DNA of 56,437 bases, counting the filler, from Sphacelaria rigidula (lineage: Eukaryota): NCBI GenBank assembly GCA_964200075.2. It is 6 parts of 6 records of this genome, joined end to end, with 100 filler letters (N's around TTAATTAATTAA, not from the genome) between each part and the next. Parts side by side here need not be neighbours in the genome. Positions count along the whole stretch, not along the records: positions 18,847 to 28,169 come from CAXNAA020008749.1; positions 28,270 to 37,592 come from CAXNAA020008750.1; 4 more parts are not named here. The stretch is one strand, 5' to 3'. How positions within the stretch are numbered: the first letter of the stretch is position 1; every line of letters starts with the position of its first letter. The notes under the pieces were generated by a model that was given only the letters and a program-made list of their open reading frames with translations, did not search any database and was not told where the DNA came from. Both the position numbers and the translations under genes were made by a program. Shown piece after piece: positions 22,901-35,100 of the stretch.

Positions 22901-25900
22901 CTGTTGTTCACTGTACCGCAATGCACGTTGTTGTAGGGTTCTGCATTTCACTCTCTGCACTGCACTGCGTCTGTACTCCACATTGCACAGCACTCCAGCA
23001 CTACAGTGCCCTGTAGTGCGCCGTAGTGGACTAAAGTACTGCAGGTGCAGTGAAGCGTAGTGTACGGTACGTACGGTGCCGCAGGCCTATGCATTTTCGG
23101 ACTGGACGCTGGTCGATCGTCCATTTGGCAAGAGGCCAATCACTGTGACAGAAGAAAATATCACGTCAGGCCACGTCACGTCAGCTTCCGCTATGAACTT
23201 TCTAGCGTCCACTCTGAAGTCTCAAAGCTTTCACTCTGGACTCTGACTCAATGATCAGAAGAAAACATCTTTGAAACTCTTTATTGATGGCGGTCGGTCA
23301 TGAGTCGCGTCAGTACATCGCATCGTTCTCCTTATTTTTGGGTGGGTGTAAATCAGCACGCCAGGGAGGATCATTGAAGCCGTCAAAAAAGGGATATCTG
23401 CAGCTTCTGCTGAAGGCCGTTGCAATTCTCCTGAATCAGAGAGGCAGACTCGGCGTAGGCTCCTTTTGTTGGTGTCACTCTAGGCAAAAGCACGATGAGA
23501 CTAGTTGTTCCAGCCTGCGCGCGGCTTTATAACATCGTGCTCCTCATGGGCAACGCTCGCAGTTGTCTTGGGTCACGAGATTCGAAAAATGTAGGCAAGA
23601 CGGCCTTTCCGGGATTGTCCGTACCACGTCACTATCGCAACGGTCTTCGCCGAGACAGAGTCGTTGGGACCATCACTATGCATAATACGAAATCGGTTTC
23701 CGGTTTACGAAGATGAGTTCCACTCAAGTGTGCGTACTGTACTGTGTTCTGGGTGGAGGCTCTGTGCTGTGGAGATATGGTGCTCTTTCTCGTAAACGCG
23801 ATGCCGGGACGAGATTATTTTTCGTGAGCAGCGGCAAGCTTATGAGATTTCCCCGAATACAAACCTGGATCGGCCTTCGTCCAATTAATGTCATCGGCCA
23901 TGACACAACAAAGTACAGGGGAGTTTTTCTGCGATCGTGGGTCACAGTCATGTTGAAGCAACATTGTGGCCGAAGCACAACCTTGAGCCGTCTTTTTGAC
24001 CGCGGAAAGTTGCAGATCCACCCTCCTGCCCTCCCTCCTTCCGCGTAGGTTTTGTGTTTTTCAGTATTATCTGCATCCAGATGCCGAATTTTGTTCACCT
24101 CTTGATATATACCACAAATTTGTGCTTGGAAAAAGTTGGTGTGGTATTTCATCGTGAAGTTCAGCTGAATGCACCTGCATTCGTGTTGAAAAAAAATTGT
24201 ATCAAGCAACTTAGAACACTCCCATCTTCCCACCCCACCCCCGTTACAAAAACGGGGCATACACCGGTAGGTACGAGCGTCCGGTTGTAAAACGAACTAG
24301 GCGGGGTCCAGAGGATCAGCTGGTGTTGTGGGCAGGGGAGGTAACGGCTTTGTCAGTAGAGCAGGGTGGTGTGGGCGACAATCCCATGGTTGATATAAAC
24401 AGTACCAAGAGTTTGGACTTTTGTCATACGGCCGTAACCCTCGCCCCCTGCGCACTTTGCCCGCCTTTTCTGCCTTGTCTGTCATCCCGCTCCGCGATCC
24501 ACGAAATGCCCGAACACAACCAGGTCCCGACACCCCCCGACGCAAACGGTGAGCAGGACGAAGCGATCATGTCCGCCATAGCTGCGAAAGCGAAAGCACT
24601 ACCGCCGCCGACAGCGGCACAGGAGGCCGGAGCGCTCAGGGCTGGTCAGCCGATCTGCGCGGGGCTGCGGCTGACCGCCGCCCAGCGCGAGACGGTAGAC
24701 AAAATTCACGCCGCCGTATCTCTCGACTTCGCTCTCAGACGCCGCATGCTGCTGCGGCGCTGCGATGTTACGGTGCAGTCGTTCTTACGTGATCGTGGCG
24801 ACAGTGCCAGCAGCGCCAAAATTGCGGCGGCAGCGGGGAAGGAGATGGGCGATGCGGGTGGACAGAGGAACGATCTGGGGATCCTCCCGGAACCCTTGAA
24901 GGTGCTAGACAAGAAACGGGTGGTGTTCTGGGGGGGGTGTTCGGGGGTGTGCGATGCCTTGGGTGTGTGGCATGTTACTTGTGCCAAAAAAGGTTTTTCA
25001 AGTGGTTTTGTGCGTGTCACGGTGCGGTGTCGTGTCATGCCAAGGGGACGTACCGTACGCGTGCGCGCGCGAGCGTGTATGTTTGTGTTTTGCTGCGCAC
25101 TATAGTTGTGGCCGTCCTATTCCCCGTTCAGTTCTCGGCTCTCGTGTCTCCCTTCTTCGGTTCTTTCTCGATGTGCCTTTTTCTTTTCATGAGACCATGT
25201 ATGTGTATTTTAATGCATCCACACCGAGGGTGACAAGTAAGAAAAAAAAAGTTGAGTTTGGGGTATTGACGTTTTCTCCTTTGAAAAACATGACGTTACC
25301 TTGCTGGTGGGGAGCAGGCGAGGCGCGCGGCGCTCGCGGAGGAACCGAGGCAAATCAGCGTCGAGGACGCTCTGTCTGCGCCAAGAGCGGTAGCGTGGCA
25401 GCTCGCACGCAAGGCAACGGGGGTAGGTTTCGCACAGCAAGTAGCACTTCGCACCATTCGACTTGTTGAGTTGATGCGTTGGTACGCCGGTAGAGCGTCT
25501 CACAGTCTGTCTAATCGCAGGGGGGGGGGGGGGGGGGGGATAGCATTTGTTTTGTGTTTTTTTTTGTGTTGCTGTTGCACCCCTCCTCTTTTGGAGGGGG
25601 GCGCGCTCTCCCACTCNNNNNNNNNNGGTGGGGGGGGGGGTGGGGGCGGGCGGGGTTGGGGGGGGGTGGGGGGGGGGGTGGGGGGGGGGGGGGGGGCGTA
25701 CTCAGTTGTTGCTTGCCTTTCGTTGTTTGACCGTTGACCACGCATCCATTTCGAGACGGGGCACCGTTCCTACTCCTAGTAGAGGCACCTTCAACATTTC
25801 GGTGCTCATTACGTTTCTTCCATAGACTGCACAAGAACGTTTTTTCATATCTCCCATACAAATGGCAATATCCCTAAACACGTGAAGTGCATAATTGGAA

Positions 25901-27807
25901 CATGTAAACCCTTACTTATCCATCGTTACCCCCATCCCGCCCCACCCGGGGATACAATCGTTTTGTCCCCTCCTCAAACATGCTCATGGGATGTTCTCTA
26001 CGGTTTCAGTCCGTCGCGTACGAATTTATATACAAATGTCGATGCCCCTGAACACGCAAAAGAATCGTTACAACATGCTCACCCTGATCTGCCAGGTCCA
26101 TACCCTCTTCCTCGCCCTCGCTCCCTCCCCGCAGATGCAATCGACGCATCCCATCTTCGAACAACCTCCCGAGGAGGGCGGTAGGCGTTTGTTTGTTCAA
26201 CGTGTTGGCCTCCTGCGTGCTGACGACACTGAATTGATCACGTGAAATATATCCATGGAAAGCCTACATCTTACCCAACGCTGTTATTCCTCCTGCTTGC
26301 ACCAACTGCATTATACAGAACCGGGAGACGAAATCGCACCATCCCCTCCCGAACCACCCGTCAGGGGCTGGTATCTACCGTTAGGGCCTGTAGTACACGA
26401 TTGGTGATGCTGCTAAACACGGGAGAGGCATCATTAGAATGTGCTCACCCAACAATACTTCCTTTCCTCCTCCCTCCTCCTGGGGGATGAAATCATCGCA
26501 TCCCCTGCCCCCAATATCCTCACCGGGAGGGGTGCTAGTTGACGTATGTCAGCATTTGCGGGCAGACGGCACGATGCCTCGGACACGTGGGAGGAATCAC
26601 CAACACGTTGAGACGATATACTACGTATGTCAAGGATAGCTGAGGGCATAATTTTTCGTTTACGATATGCAAAAACGGTAGATACCACCCCTGGGGATGG
26701 CAATCCATGCAAGAATCATGTGCCACCCTACACTTCAACTTCACAACATGTTGTCCCGGCTCTTGCAGAGGCCTTTAGTGTATTATTTGAACAGTCGAAA
26801 CAAAAGAGGGGCAATGTGAGCCCGAAAGAGGTTCTCAATTCAGAGAAGTTGGTCGGGACCCGTCGGTTGGACTGATGCAACCTTCGTTTGGCGTGTGCAC
26901 CGGCGGGAGTAACTCAATCCTCACGAAAGCTGTATTTTCCCCCCCCCAATGCACCTGCATGTTGGAGGTGTCTCTCTTAGGAGTAGGGACGGCGCTCCGT
27001 CTCAAAAGAGATGTGTGGTCAATGGTCAGACGACTAAGGCAAGCAACAAATAAGTACGCCCCTTTCCTAATGCGATGGCGTATAATCGAGTGCCCGTTTT
27101 TATTCAGCTGCGTGTAATATGCCGAGTTAGCAACGTCTAGTATACATGATGTCATGATCCATTGAAAGTCAATATAAAGAAATGCACCCCGGATTCGGTG
27201 TCTCCGCCGAAGATTCAGTCAGGATATATGTTTGTGTTTCTATTTCGGTACGGATTGCCGGTGCGATGGCTTGATCGAATCAAGCGTGAACGGATTCATT
27301 CTGCATGTTCTCAGATTGTCTGGTTGCGTACTGTAATACCTGAAGACCACATACTCGCACAAGCAACCCTTGCCTGTCCCCCACCCCCGATGCCCCTCAC
27401 CCCCCCTCTCTCATCTTGCCTGTTTTTCCTGTTTTCCCGGTCGAATCCAAAAGGGGGACAGCACGAGCGCAGCCGTGACAGCCACGAACATGGCAGTCAT
27501 CGGCGACGTTCCCCACCGCGGCGGCCGGGTCACTGAAGCTCGCGCCGGGTCGGCCATGCCAGCATGGACATCCCGAAAAGAAATCGCCGCAGGCAGAGGG
27601 GGCGGAGGCGGGGGCGGCCGGGGAAGTTGGCGTGGCGGTGGCAAGGAGCAGAGGGGGGGAGGAGGGGGGCGCGGGGGACGCGGGGGGAGGAGCGGTGGGG
27701 GTTCTGCGAGGGGGGGTGGCGGAGAGCAACGGAAGAAGGGGAGGGGAGGAAGGGGAGGGAGAGGAGGAAGGGGAGGGAGAGGAGGAAGGGGAGGGGGGAG
27801 GTGGTAG
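19986..27807 (+). CDS. FAM98: FAM98-family protein with C-terminal RGG tail, complete model of 441 aa; exons 19986-20320, 20918-21071, 24524-24901, 25318-25422, 27454-27807
   Basis: Phase-consistent GT-AG introns (2,0,0,0). Motifs LSFMCSELQALR, DFALRRRMLLRRCDVTVQSF, IGDVPHRGGR..E....MPAW and RGG repeats match FAM98A/B hallmarks. Confidence 0.92.
21963..22062. mobile_element. 100-bp piggyBac-like MITE
   Basis: Ends (c)cctttgacc ... ggtcaaaggg with TTAA-like flanks (ttat/ttag). Homologous to 55724-55823. Confidence 0.65.
25697..25855 (-). mobile_element. LINE family A 3'-end fragment
   Basis: Reverse complement encodes FLCSLWKKRNEHRNVEGASTRSRNGAPSRNGCVVNGQTT. Abuts a long G-run. Confidence 0.85.
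26362..26693. mobile_element. MITE with hAT-like TIR CAGGGG(C)TGGTATCTACCGTT
   Basis: caggggctggtatctaccgtt pairs with aacggtagataccacccctg. No clean TSD. Confidence 0.6.
26959..27058 (+). mobile_element. LINE family A 3'-end fragment
   Basis: Matches 33219-33317. Flanked by a degenerate duplication (ccccccccaatgc / cccctttcctaatgc). Confidence 0.8.
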
Positions 27808-28346
27808 CACATGTGCAGTAGATACAGTACCGCGTTGTCTTTTCGTCGATCCATGATGTTTTTTGTGTTAATGTTGGTGTTGATGTGTGGAAAACGTGTT
27901 GTTTCGTTTTCCGTCTTGTTTCTGTGTGTATGCCTCATGTGACGACTTGTTGCGTATTGTTAGTCCCTCCATGTCTTTGTACTGTGCTATGATGTGAACG
28001 TATGTGTGCGTGTGTGTTTACGCGTGCTATCATAGTGTGTGCATGATTTTCAGCTGGTCGTGTGTCTTTCCAGGAGTTCGGGGATGAAGCCGGGGGGGGG
28101 GGTGTGCTTCTGATCATGGCTGGCGTACGCACCAGACCATGGGCCTCGCCTCCCGACAAGGCGGGGACGNNNNNNNNNNNNNNNNNNNNNNNNNNNNNNN
28201 NNNNNNNNNNNNNTTAATTAATTAANNNNNNNNNNNNNNNNNNNNNNNNNNNNNNNNNNNNNNNNNNNNTGTTTTTTTCTTTTTTTTTTCTTCCCCCCCT
28301 CTTCGGGGGGTATAAAACCCCCCCCCCCCCCCCCCCGCAACGGGGT

Positions 28347-28412
28347 TGGTCCGTCTCGAAAGGGATGCGTGGTCAATGGTCAAACGACTAAGGCAAGCAA
28401 CAAATGAGTACG
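28347..28412 (+). mobile_element. LINE family A 3'-end fragment with perfect 14-bp TSD
   Basis: TSD ccccgcaacggggt at 28333-28346 and 28413-28426. Confidence 0.9.
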
Positions 28413-29145
28413 CCCCGCAACGGGGTAAGGGTGTGGCACGAGAATTGTGAAGTGAAATGAAGTAGCAGGGTGCAAGTCAGTCTCGTGAAGGAGGGAGAGT
28501 TTGCTTATCTTACGGTACCGCAGCGTAGAGTTTGTGCACGAAGATTATGTATCTTGACTTGTGTAAAAATGCCAACAAGTTGTACACTAAAGTATTTTTT
28601 CATGTCGTTTTTTGGGTCGAAGTAGGACTCATTTTTCGACAGCGGTGGGTAGACAGCTTCTACGTCGAGTTCTGCGATCCTTGTTATGTGGGCCGCACGA
28701 CAGCCAGTTGCACAGAGGAACGAGAATGAGCTCATCGCAGTCAACATGGAAATCGAAAAAACAGTTGCCGATACATTCCTCTGCAGAAGAAGTAGTGTAT
28801 TAACACTGTTCAGCTGCAGCGTCCGTCTTCTTCTAGTGGGTGTCCGTGTTGTACATATGCTGGTGGCTGTTCAGTACGTCGGCGGGGTCGCTACCTCGGG
28901 ATGATAGCCTCGGCCCCTCTCACTATCCTACCCAAGCAGTGTTCGTAGCATGAGCTCAACGAGTGGCAAGGGTTACTTCTGTGTAATTATAATCATCTAT
29001 CATCTCCTTGCTATACGCGGCTCCCTTCTCTGCTAATGCGTTGGAAGAACACACGAAAGAAGCGTGTGCTCACAGAAGTCCCCCGTGCCGTCCCGTGCCG
29101 TCCCCTTCTCGCCCCTTATCGGTTAACATCCACGCAACGAGGCAG

Positions 29146-32100
29146 AGCCACGAGGCCCTACGCGGCGAGCACCGCCTCCAAAACGTGGAGCTCCTCCGAG
29201 CGCAAATCGAACCTTTGGCCCACCTCCTGAACGAGGATGCTCGCTACGGTGAGCGTTGCAGCAATTTTATGGGTTTATACGCTTCGGAACAGTGAAAATT
29301 TTTGTTAATTTGAGATTTTCCCATCTCTCGCCCATTTTTTTCTTGTTTTTTTGTGTTTGCTGCAGAAGGAGCATTGTTTGACTGAGATTATCTCTCTCTC
29401 TCTCTCTTTCTTTGTTCTTTTTTCGCTCCGGGAGGAGCACTGTTGGGAGCTTACTGAAAAAATGAATGACTCCTGATATGACGACTACCATCGCAGCCAC
29501 AGTCGAAGAAATTTGAAAAGTTTGATCAATAGAGAAAAGGGGAAAAAGAAGAGAAAAAGTCAAATGGTCTAACCCCACCACCTTGTGTTTCCCCCCGCCT
29601 CTCCCTCACACAACGCACACAGGACCTGACGCCTGATATGATGACTACCATCGCAGCCACAGTCGAAGAAATTTGAAAAGTTTGATCAATAAAGAGGAGG
29701 GGAAGAAAAAAAAAAAAAGTCAAATCGTCTAACCCCACCACCCTGTGTGTCCCTCCGCCTCTCTCTCTCGCACAACGCACACAGGACCAAACATAAGCCA
29801 GTGCCTGGCGCTTACGCTCCTGTCGTCCATCCTGGCCACCCTCACTCTCGATCTAGACCTCGACCCCACTCGACACACGGCACAACGGGGGGACAACGGC
29901 GCGGCGGGCGGTGTAGTATCTGGGGCTCGGGTTAGAGGGGGCGTTTTTGCAGAAGACGTGCATATGAAGGAGATCCAGGGCTCCCAGGTGCGTGTTGACG
30001 TGGAGTGGAGGAGTTGAGGTGTGTGGTCATCTCGACGAGTTCATGCATTATCGTAGTGTACAGACGGGCGTTTGTGTGACTCGCTCGATGTACGAATATT
30101 TGTGCCGTAAAGGAGGGGCGATACATTGTTTCCCCTTGTTAAAAAAACACTAATCCAAACCCCAACCCAACAACCCAACCACACATCATCAACATGATAT
30201 TATATGCACTACAAGGTTCCCCTTCGGGGGGTTGGTACGGGCCTCCCGGGGGTGACGCGAGTCGAAAATATATGGTCAGGAGAGGCTGTTGTATCTCAAT
30301 GTCCAGTAGTGATCATGGCTGTAACAAACATCACATGTGTTATCGGATGTCCTTCGGAAATATGGGAATATGGACGGAGGCCGACGGCGGAACCGCCGGC
30401 GTAGGATACGTGTGGTATTCACGAGATGCCAGAGTGCGAAGTAGCTCTCGTGACACAAAGACATAACAGCGGGAGGCACTTCCCGAAAAATTGGAATGCG
30501 TGGAACGTTCTTGGCATATTCTCTGTACCATCACTGTGACTTCCACATCACCGGGCCTTTTTTTTTTTTAACGCGGTGATTGTTTTTTGCAGCAAGACAT
30601 TCTTGTGCTGCCGTGCTGCTGTGCCTTTTTCATCTCGCCAACGGCCCATTGCACGGCCTTATGTTCGCTGCTGACCAAGGCCAAGGCAACGTTCAATAGT
30701 TTTCAACTGATTTGCTGTCATGTTATCGTGACACTGGCGGCATAAGCGGTGTATTCGTGCTCCCGAATGAACGACAACGTGACAAAGAGAAACACGGGGA
30801 GAAAATACCCCGCCAGGAGTAATCCTGTTTGTGAAGTTTTCCATGATCTTGAAAAGGCTTTCGTGGTTCGGAATCGACACCCCGCGAAAAAGAGCCAGTT
30901 TGAGCGACTTTCGGTGGCCAGAACACGCGCCACAGGTATCAGATGACACCCAAACCTGAACGGTAATGTACCGCTGAGCCTCCTCAGTGCTATGCAAAAA
31001 AAAAGTGGGGAAAAAAATGCCTTGCCGCCAGAGGAAACTCGGCAAAAGTGGTGAAAAAATGTGAAATGATACATGTACATGTATACCCGACACCCCTTCC
31101 TTTTACTACCGTAAACTGGGAACAACAAAAACTGACACGAAGTTTGACACGGAAATTGAAAAAGAGACAAACCAGTGGGCAGAAGCAAATGTAGAGACGT
31201 CGGAACGGGAGGATAGTGGCTCGGACAGAATTGCAGAGAGAGTTTACTAGAGATGAAGTAAAGGAGTGCGTAGCTAAACTCAAGAACAAGAAGACAGCAG
31301 GGGCAGACGGAATAGTGAACGAATTTCTGAAGTATGGGGGGGAAGGAATGATTCCCATGATGTTTATGCTGTATAACTGGATATGGGAAAACGAGTACAC
31401 ACCCAAGAGGTGGAGAGAAGGAGTGGTCGTCAACCTCTTCAAAAAGGGAGACAAGGCTGACCCAGGGAACTATAGAGGGATAACGCTACTGAGCACGGTA
31501 GGGAAAAAATTCTGTAAGATTTTGAATGATGGAGTAGGAGCGATGTTGGAAAAGGACGAAAAAGTCAGCGAGGGACGAGCAGGTTTCAGACCAAACCGTA
31601 GTTGCGTAGACCATGTGTACACGCTAGGTAAGATTATTCAACGTGAGACAGACGCCGGGCTGACAACGTCTGTTTCTTTCTGGACATGCAAAAGGCTTAT
31701 GGCAGTATGGAGAAACGGGCTGTGGAAAAAGTTGTGGGAAGCTGGGATCAGAGGAAAGATGTAGAGAATGGTAAAGATGACAGAATGTGTCAAGAGTGCC
31801 ATGATACTAGACGGGGAAATATCGAAATATTTCGATATCTTACAAGGAGTTGCACAAAGATGTACGTTATCACCCACTTCATTCAAGGTATTTATTAAGG
31901 ACTTGATAATAGCAAAAGAAGCAGCAAAGCAAGGGGTCTAGGTGGGTAAAGATATGGTATCAGGATTGATATTCGCAGATGGTTTTGTGAGGATTTCAGG
32001 AACAGCAGAAGGATTGCAGCAACAGATAGACCAGGCGCTAGAATACACTAGGAAATGGAGAGTGACGGCGAACGTCAACAAATGCGCGGTACCCGTCTGT

Positions 32101-35100
32101 AACGAAGATAAGAAAGATCCAGTAGCGTTCAAGTGGAAGTCGGTGGAAGAGGAACTGCCCGTCGTAGACCAGTATACATACCTTGGCCTAGAGATCTCAA
32201 AACACTGTTCTTGGGATGCACACATAAACAAAGTGATAGAAAAGGGTAAGACACAGATAGGCAGGATGGACGTGATCCTCAGAGACTCGCATCTAGACAC
32301 TAAGTTTAAAAGATGTGTCCTGATGAACGTGATCGTACCAAAGCTGAAATATGCAGGAGGAGTATGGGAGGAGAACGTGAAATTGGTGAAAAGGTCAGAA
32401 ACAGTACAGATGGCAGCAGCTAAGAAGATTCTTGGATGCTCGAAAATGACGAGCAATACAGCACTGAAAGCAGAGTTGGTAATGTACTCATCTGAAACAA
32501 CCAGACATCAGGAAATTGCGATGGCAATATAGGGTAAATAACATGCAAAGGAAGAGATTACCAGCTATAGTCGATAGGGCTGTAGGAAAGAAATTACGAA
32601 AGGGAAGCCTGGAGTAAGGTGGGATAAAGAAGTCGAGAAAGTATGGAAAGAGATGCGAGGAAATGAAGACGAAATACTATCCATAGATGAAGACGCGGGG
32701 TACAAAACAAAAGTAAAAGACATGATTGAAATAAGGCGGAAAGGAGCGCTCAGACGCAAGGTAGACGAGGAAGAACACCTGAAGATATACGGGGGGTTGA
32801 GAGAGGGGATCGGGATGAAAACATATCTGAATGGCCCAATGGATGCGACGAAAAATATGAAACTGTGATTCCGGGTGGGGAACCTGGACGTGCCAGAAAG
32901 AAGAAAGATATACCAGTTGTCGTGTGGAGGAGGGAGTAGATGCACAGAACTGCCTCTGTGGCAAAGCAATAGAAAGCAGAAGTCACATAGTTGCAGAATG
33001 TGAAGTACAAAATACAAAGAGGAGCGGGACGTGCCATCGGGGCAAATGCGGGACGTGAACGAAGGTGGCATGAACTCGTTTAATACATTAGACAGTAGAG
33101 AAAAAGGGATGGTTATACTAGGAGATAGATGGTGACCACAGACGGTGAAACAAGACGAGGATAAGATATGTAGACGTTTTTTTTTGTCATGTATGGAAGA
33201 AACGTAATGGGCGCTCGAATGTTGGAGGTGGCTCTATCAGGAGTAGGAACGGTGCTCTGTCTCGAAGGGGATGCGTGGTCAATAGTCAAACGACTAAGGC
33301 GAGCAACAAATGAGTAGGGTCCCCCTTCCCCCCCCCCCTTCCTTTTTCTCTCTTTTATGATCATTAAGAACAGAAGAAAAAAAAACTTCTTCATTTCCCC
33401 TTTATTTGTGCACGTCAAAAACTATAAAATGTAAACAAAAAAGTTTACAAATGACGAATAAAAAATTGCAGCATTCTATTTATTTTGCTGATAGGAGCAT
33501 TTCCTTCATTCTTTCAGTTTCTTTCGAAAAATGCGCTTCGTGAAGGAAACGAAGTCCAGCCCTAAATGCCGTCCCACGAGCTTCGCAATTCAAAGGGTTA
33601 ACCGTTTGGTCTCGAAGTACTGTATATGTCATTTACCACTGAGCTCCAATATATACATAATATATTCATATATAAATATATATCGCCGATCTGTGAACCT
33701 TCGTGTCTTGATTGTAATTTGCGACTTCCTCCTACAGCGCAGTATGAAGAACCCAACATCCTACTCCCAACATGTTTTTAACGAGAGTGTGGAAGTTGCG
33801 GAGGTGATCTGACCCTGAAGAGTGAAAGATAGCAGGCATCACTTCCTGTCAGCCGTTGTACAAGAAGTTCGCGATTGAATATTAATATCAGCTGTTTGTG
33901 TTTCCTTGGAGAGCATGTTCTTCTACCGAGACCAAGGCTTTCTGTTGGTTGCATATTCGTTTTCGATTGACTTGACTTGAGGCATATATATATATATATA
34001 TATATTCTTGTTTTTGTTTCGTTGGCCGTAAGAAGAGACAGCCTTTTGGGCATCCCGCATAATCGATCGGTAGTATCGGGGGCGAAAGTGGAAACAGTCA
34101 TGTACGTCTTGAACAACCGGAGCACCCCTACAGACAGACGCATCTCATCTGCCGATTGGTGCCGAGCTTTGGGCTTTCTCAAAGATTGGCTTTTGCTCAA
34201 AAAGCAGGAGCAAGTAGTTACGTGACAGTCAACACCTTTGGCACCCACCGTTGGACAACCAATGTGTTAGTCATTGTATCTGGCGAGCGTGATGCCGATT
34301 CATGAGATTCATGAGGTGAACCTCCCTGCCCGTTTTTGGAGTCAAGACGGCCGGTACTCTACCAAAATACACATGTCGGTCTAAGCTCCGGTGCCTGTTG
34401 GAGAAACTAACTCTGGTTTCGCTCATTCCCTTTTGTTTTTTATCAATTTCGTCTTTGCTTGCCTATTTATAAACGTGATTCCCGTCCCACACTGCCGTCA
34501 CCCCCCGCCGGCTCCGCCAACGATGATTACGGGATAATGGTGACAACAATTACGGGATGATGATGACAATTGCGGGGTTGTGCTTGCGCATCATATTTAC
34601 CGAACGCAACCGCCTTTAACAACAACACGAGCAGACTCGCGTGGCGCTGCTCCAGTTCCTGCAGTCGAAGGGTTTCTTTTTGGACCTTACAAAGCTGCTT
34701 AAGGGTGTCAGGCCTGGGTCGGGCGTTGCGGTTCCAGGGATTGTGCTCGAGGCCGTCCTTGGTTTGTTCACGCAGGTATATATGTGCACTGTACTTGGTC
34801 ATTATCCGTTGGATCAGTAGGACAAGAAAATTATGTTTCAGACAGTAACCGACTGGCTTCCATGTTTTGTCTCTTGAGGGTTCATCTATGTTGTATTACA
34901 AACCTTATTGCAAGGACAGACTGTAGATAGCTGTGATCAGCGGCGCGTTTTTCGAGAAAGAGGGGTTGAGGGAGGCAGCACCCTTGTTCGCTCTTGAGGT
35001 AGGGTGTCCAGTGGTTGAAGCTTGTATATGGAACGGAGATATAATATGTTTGTTTGCTTTTCTTGGGGAAGAGCGAGGGATAGTTCCCGCTTGTAGTTGA

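Noticed and set aside
24301-24340. Possible extra FAM98 exon (TAG|...GAG|GTAACG)
   Set aside because: It is 40 nt long and would break the phase-0 to phase-0 junction between 21071 and 24524.
27397-27938. Pro-rich minus-strand ORFs
   Set aside because: Antisense of the FAM98 RGG exon.
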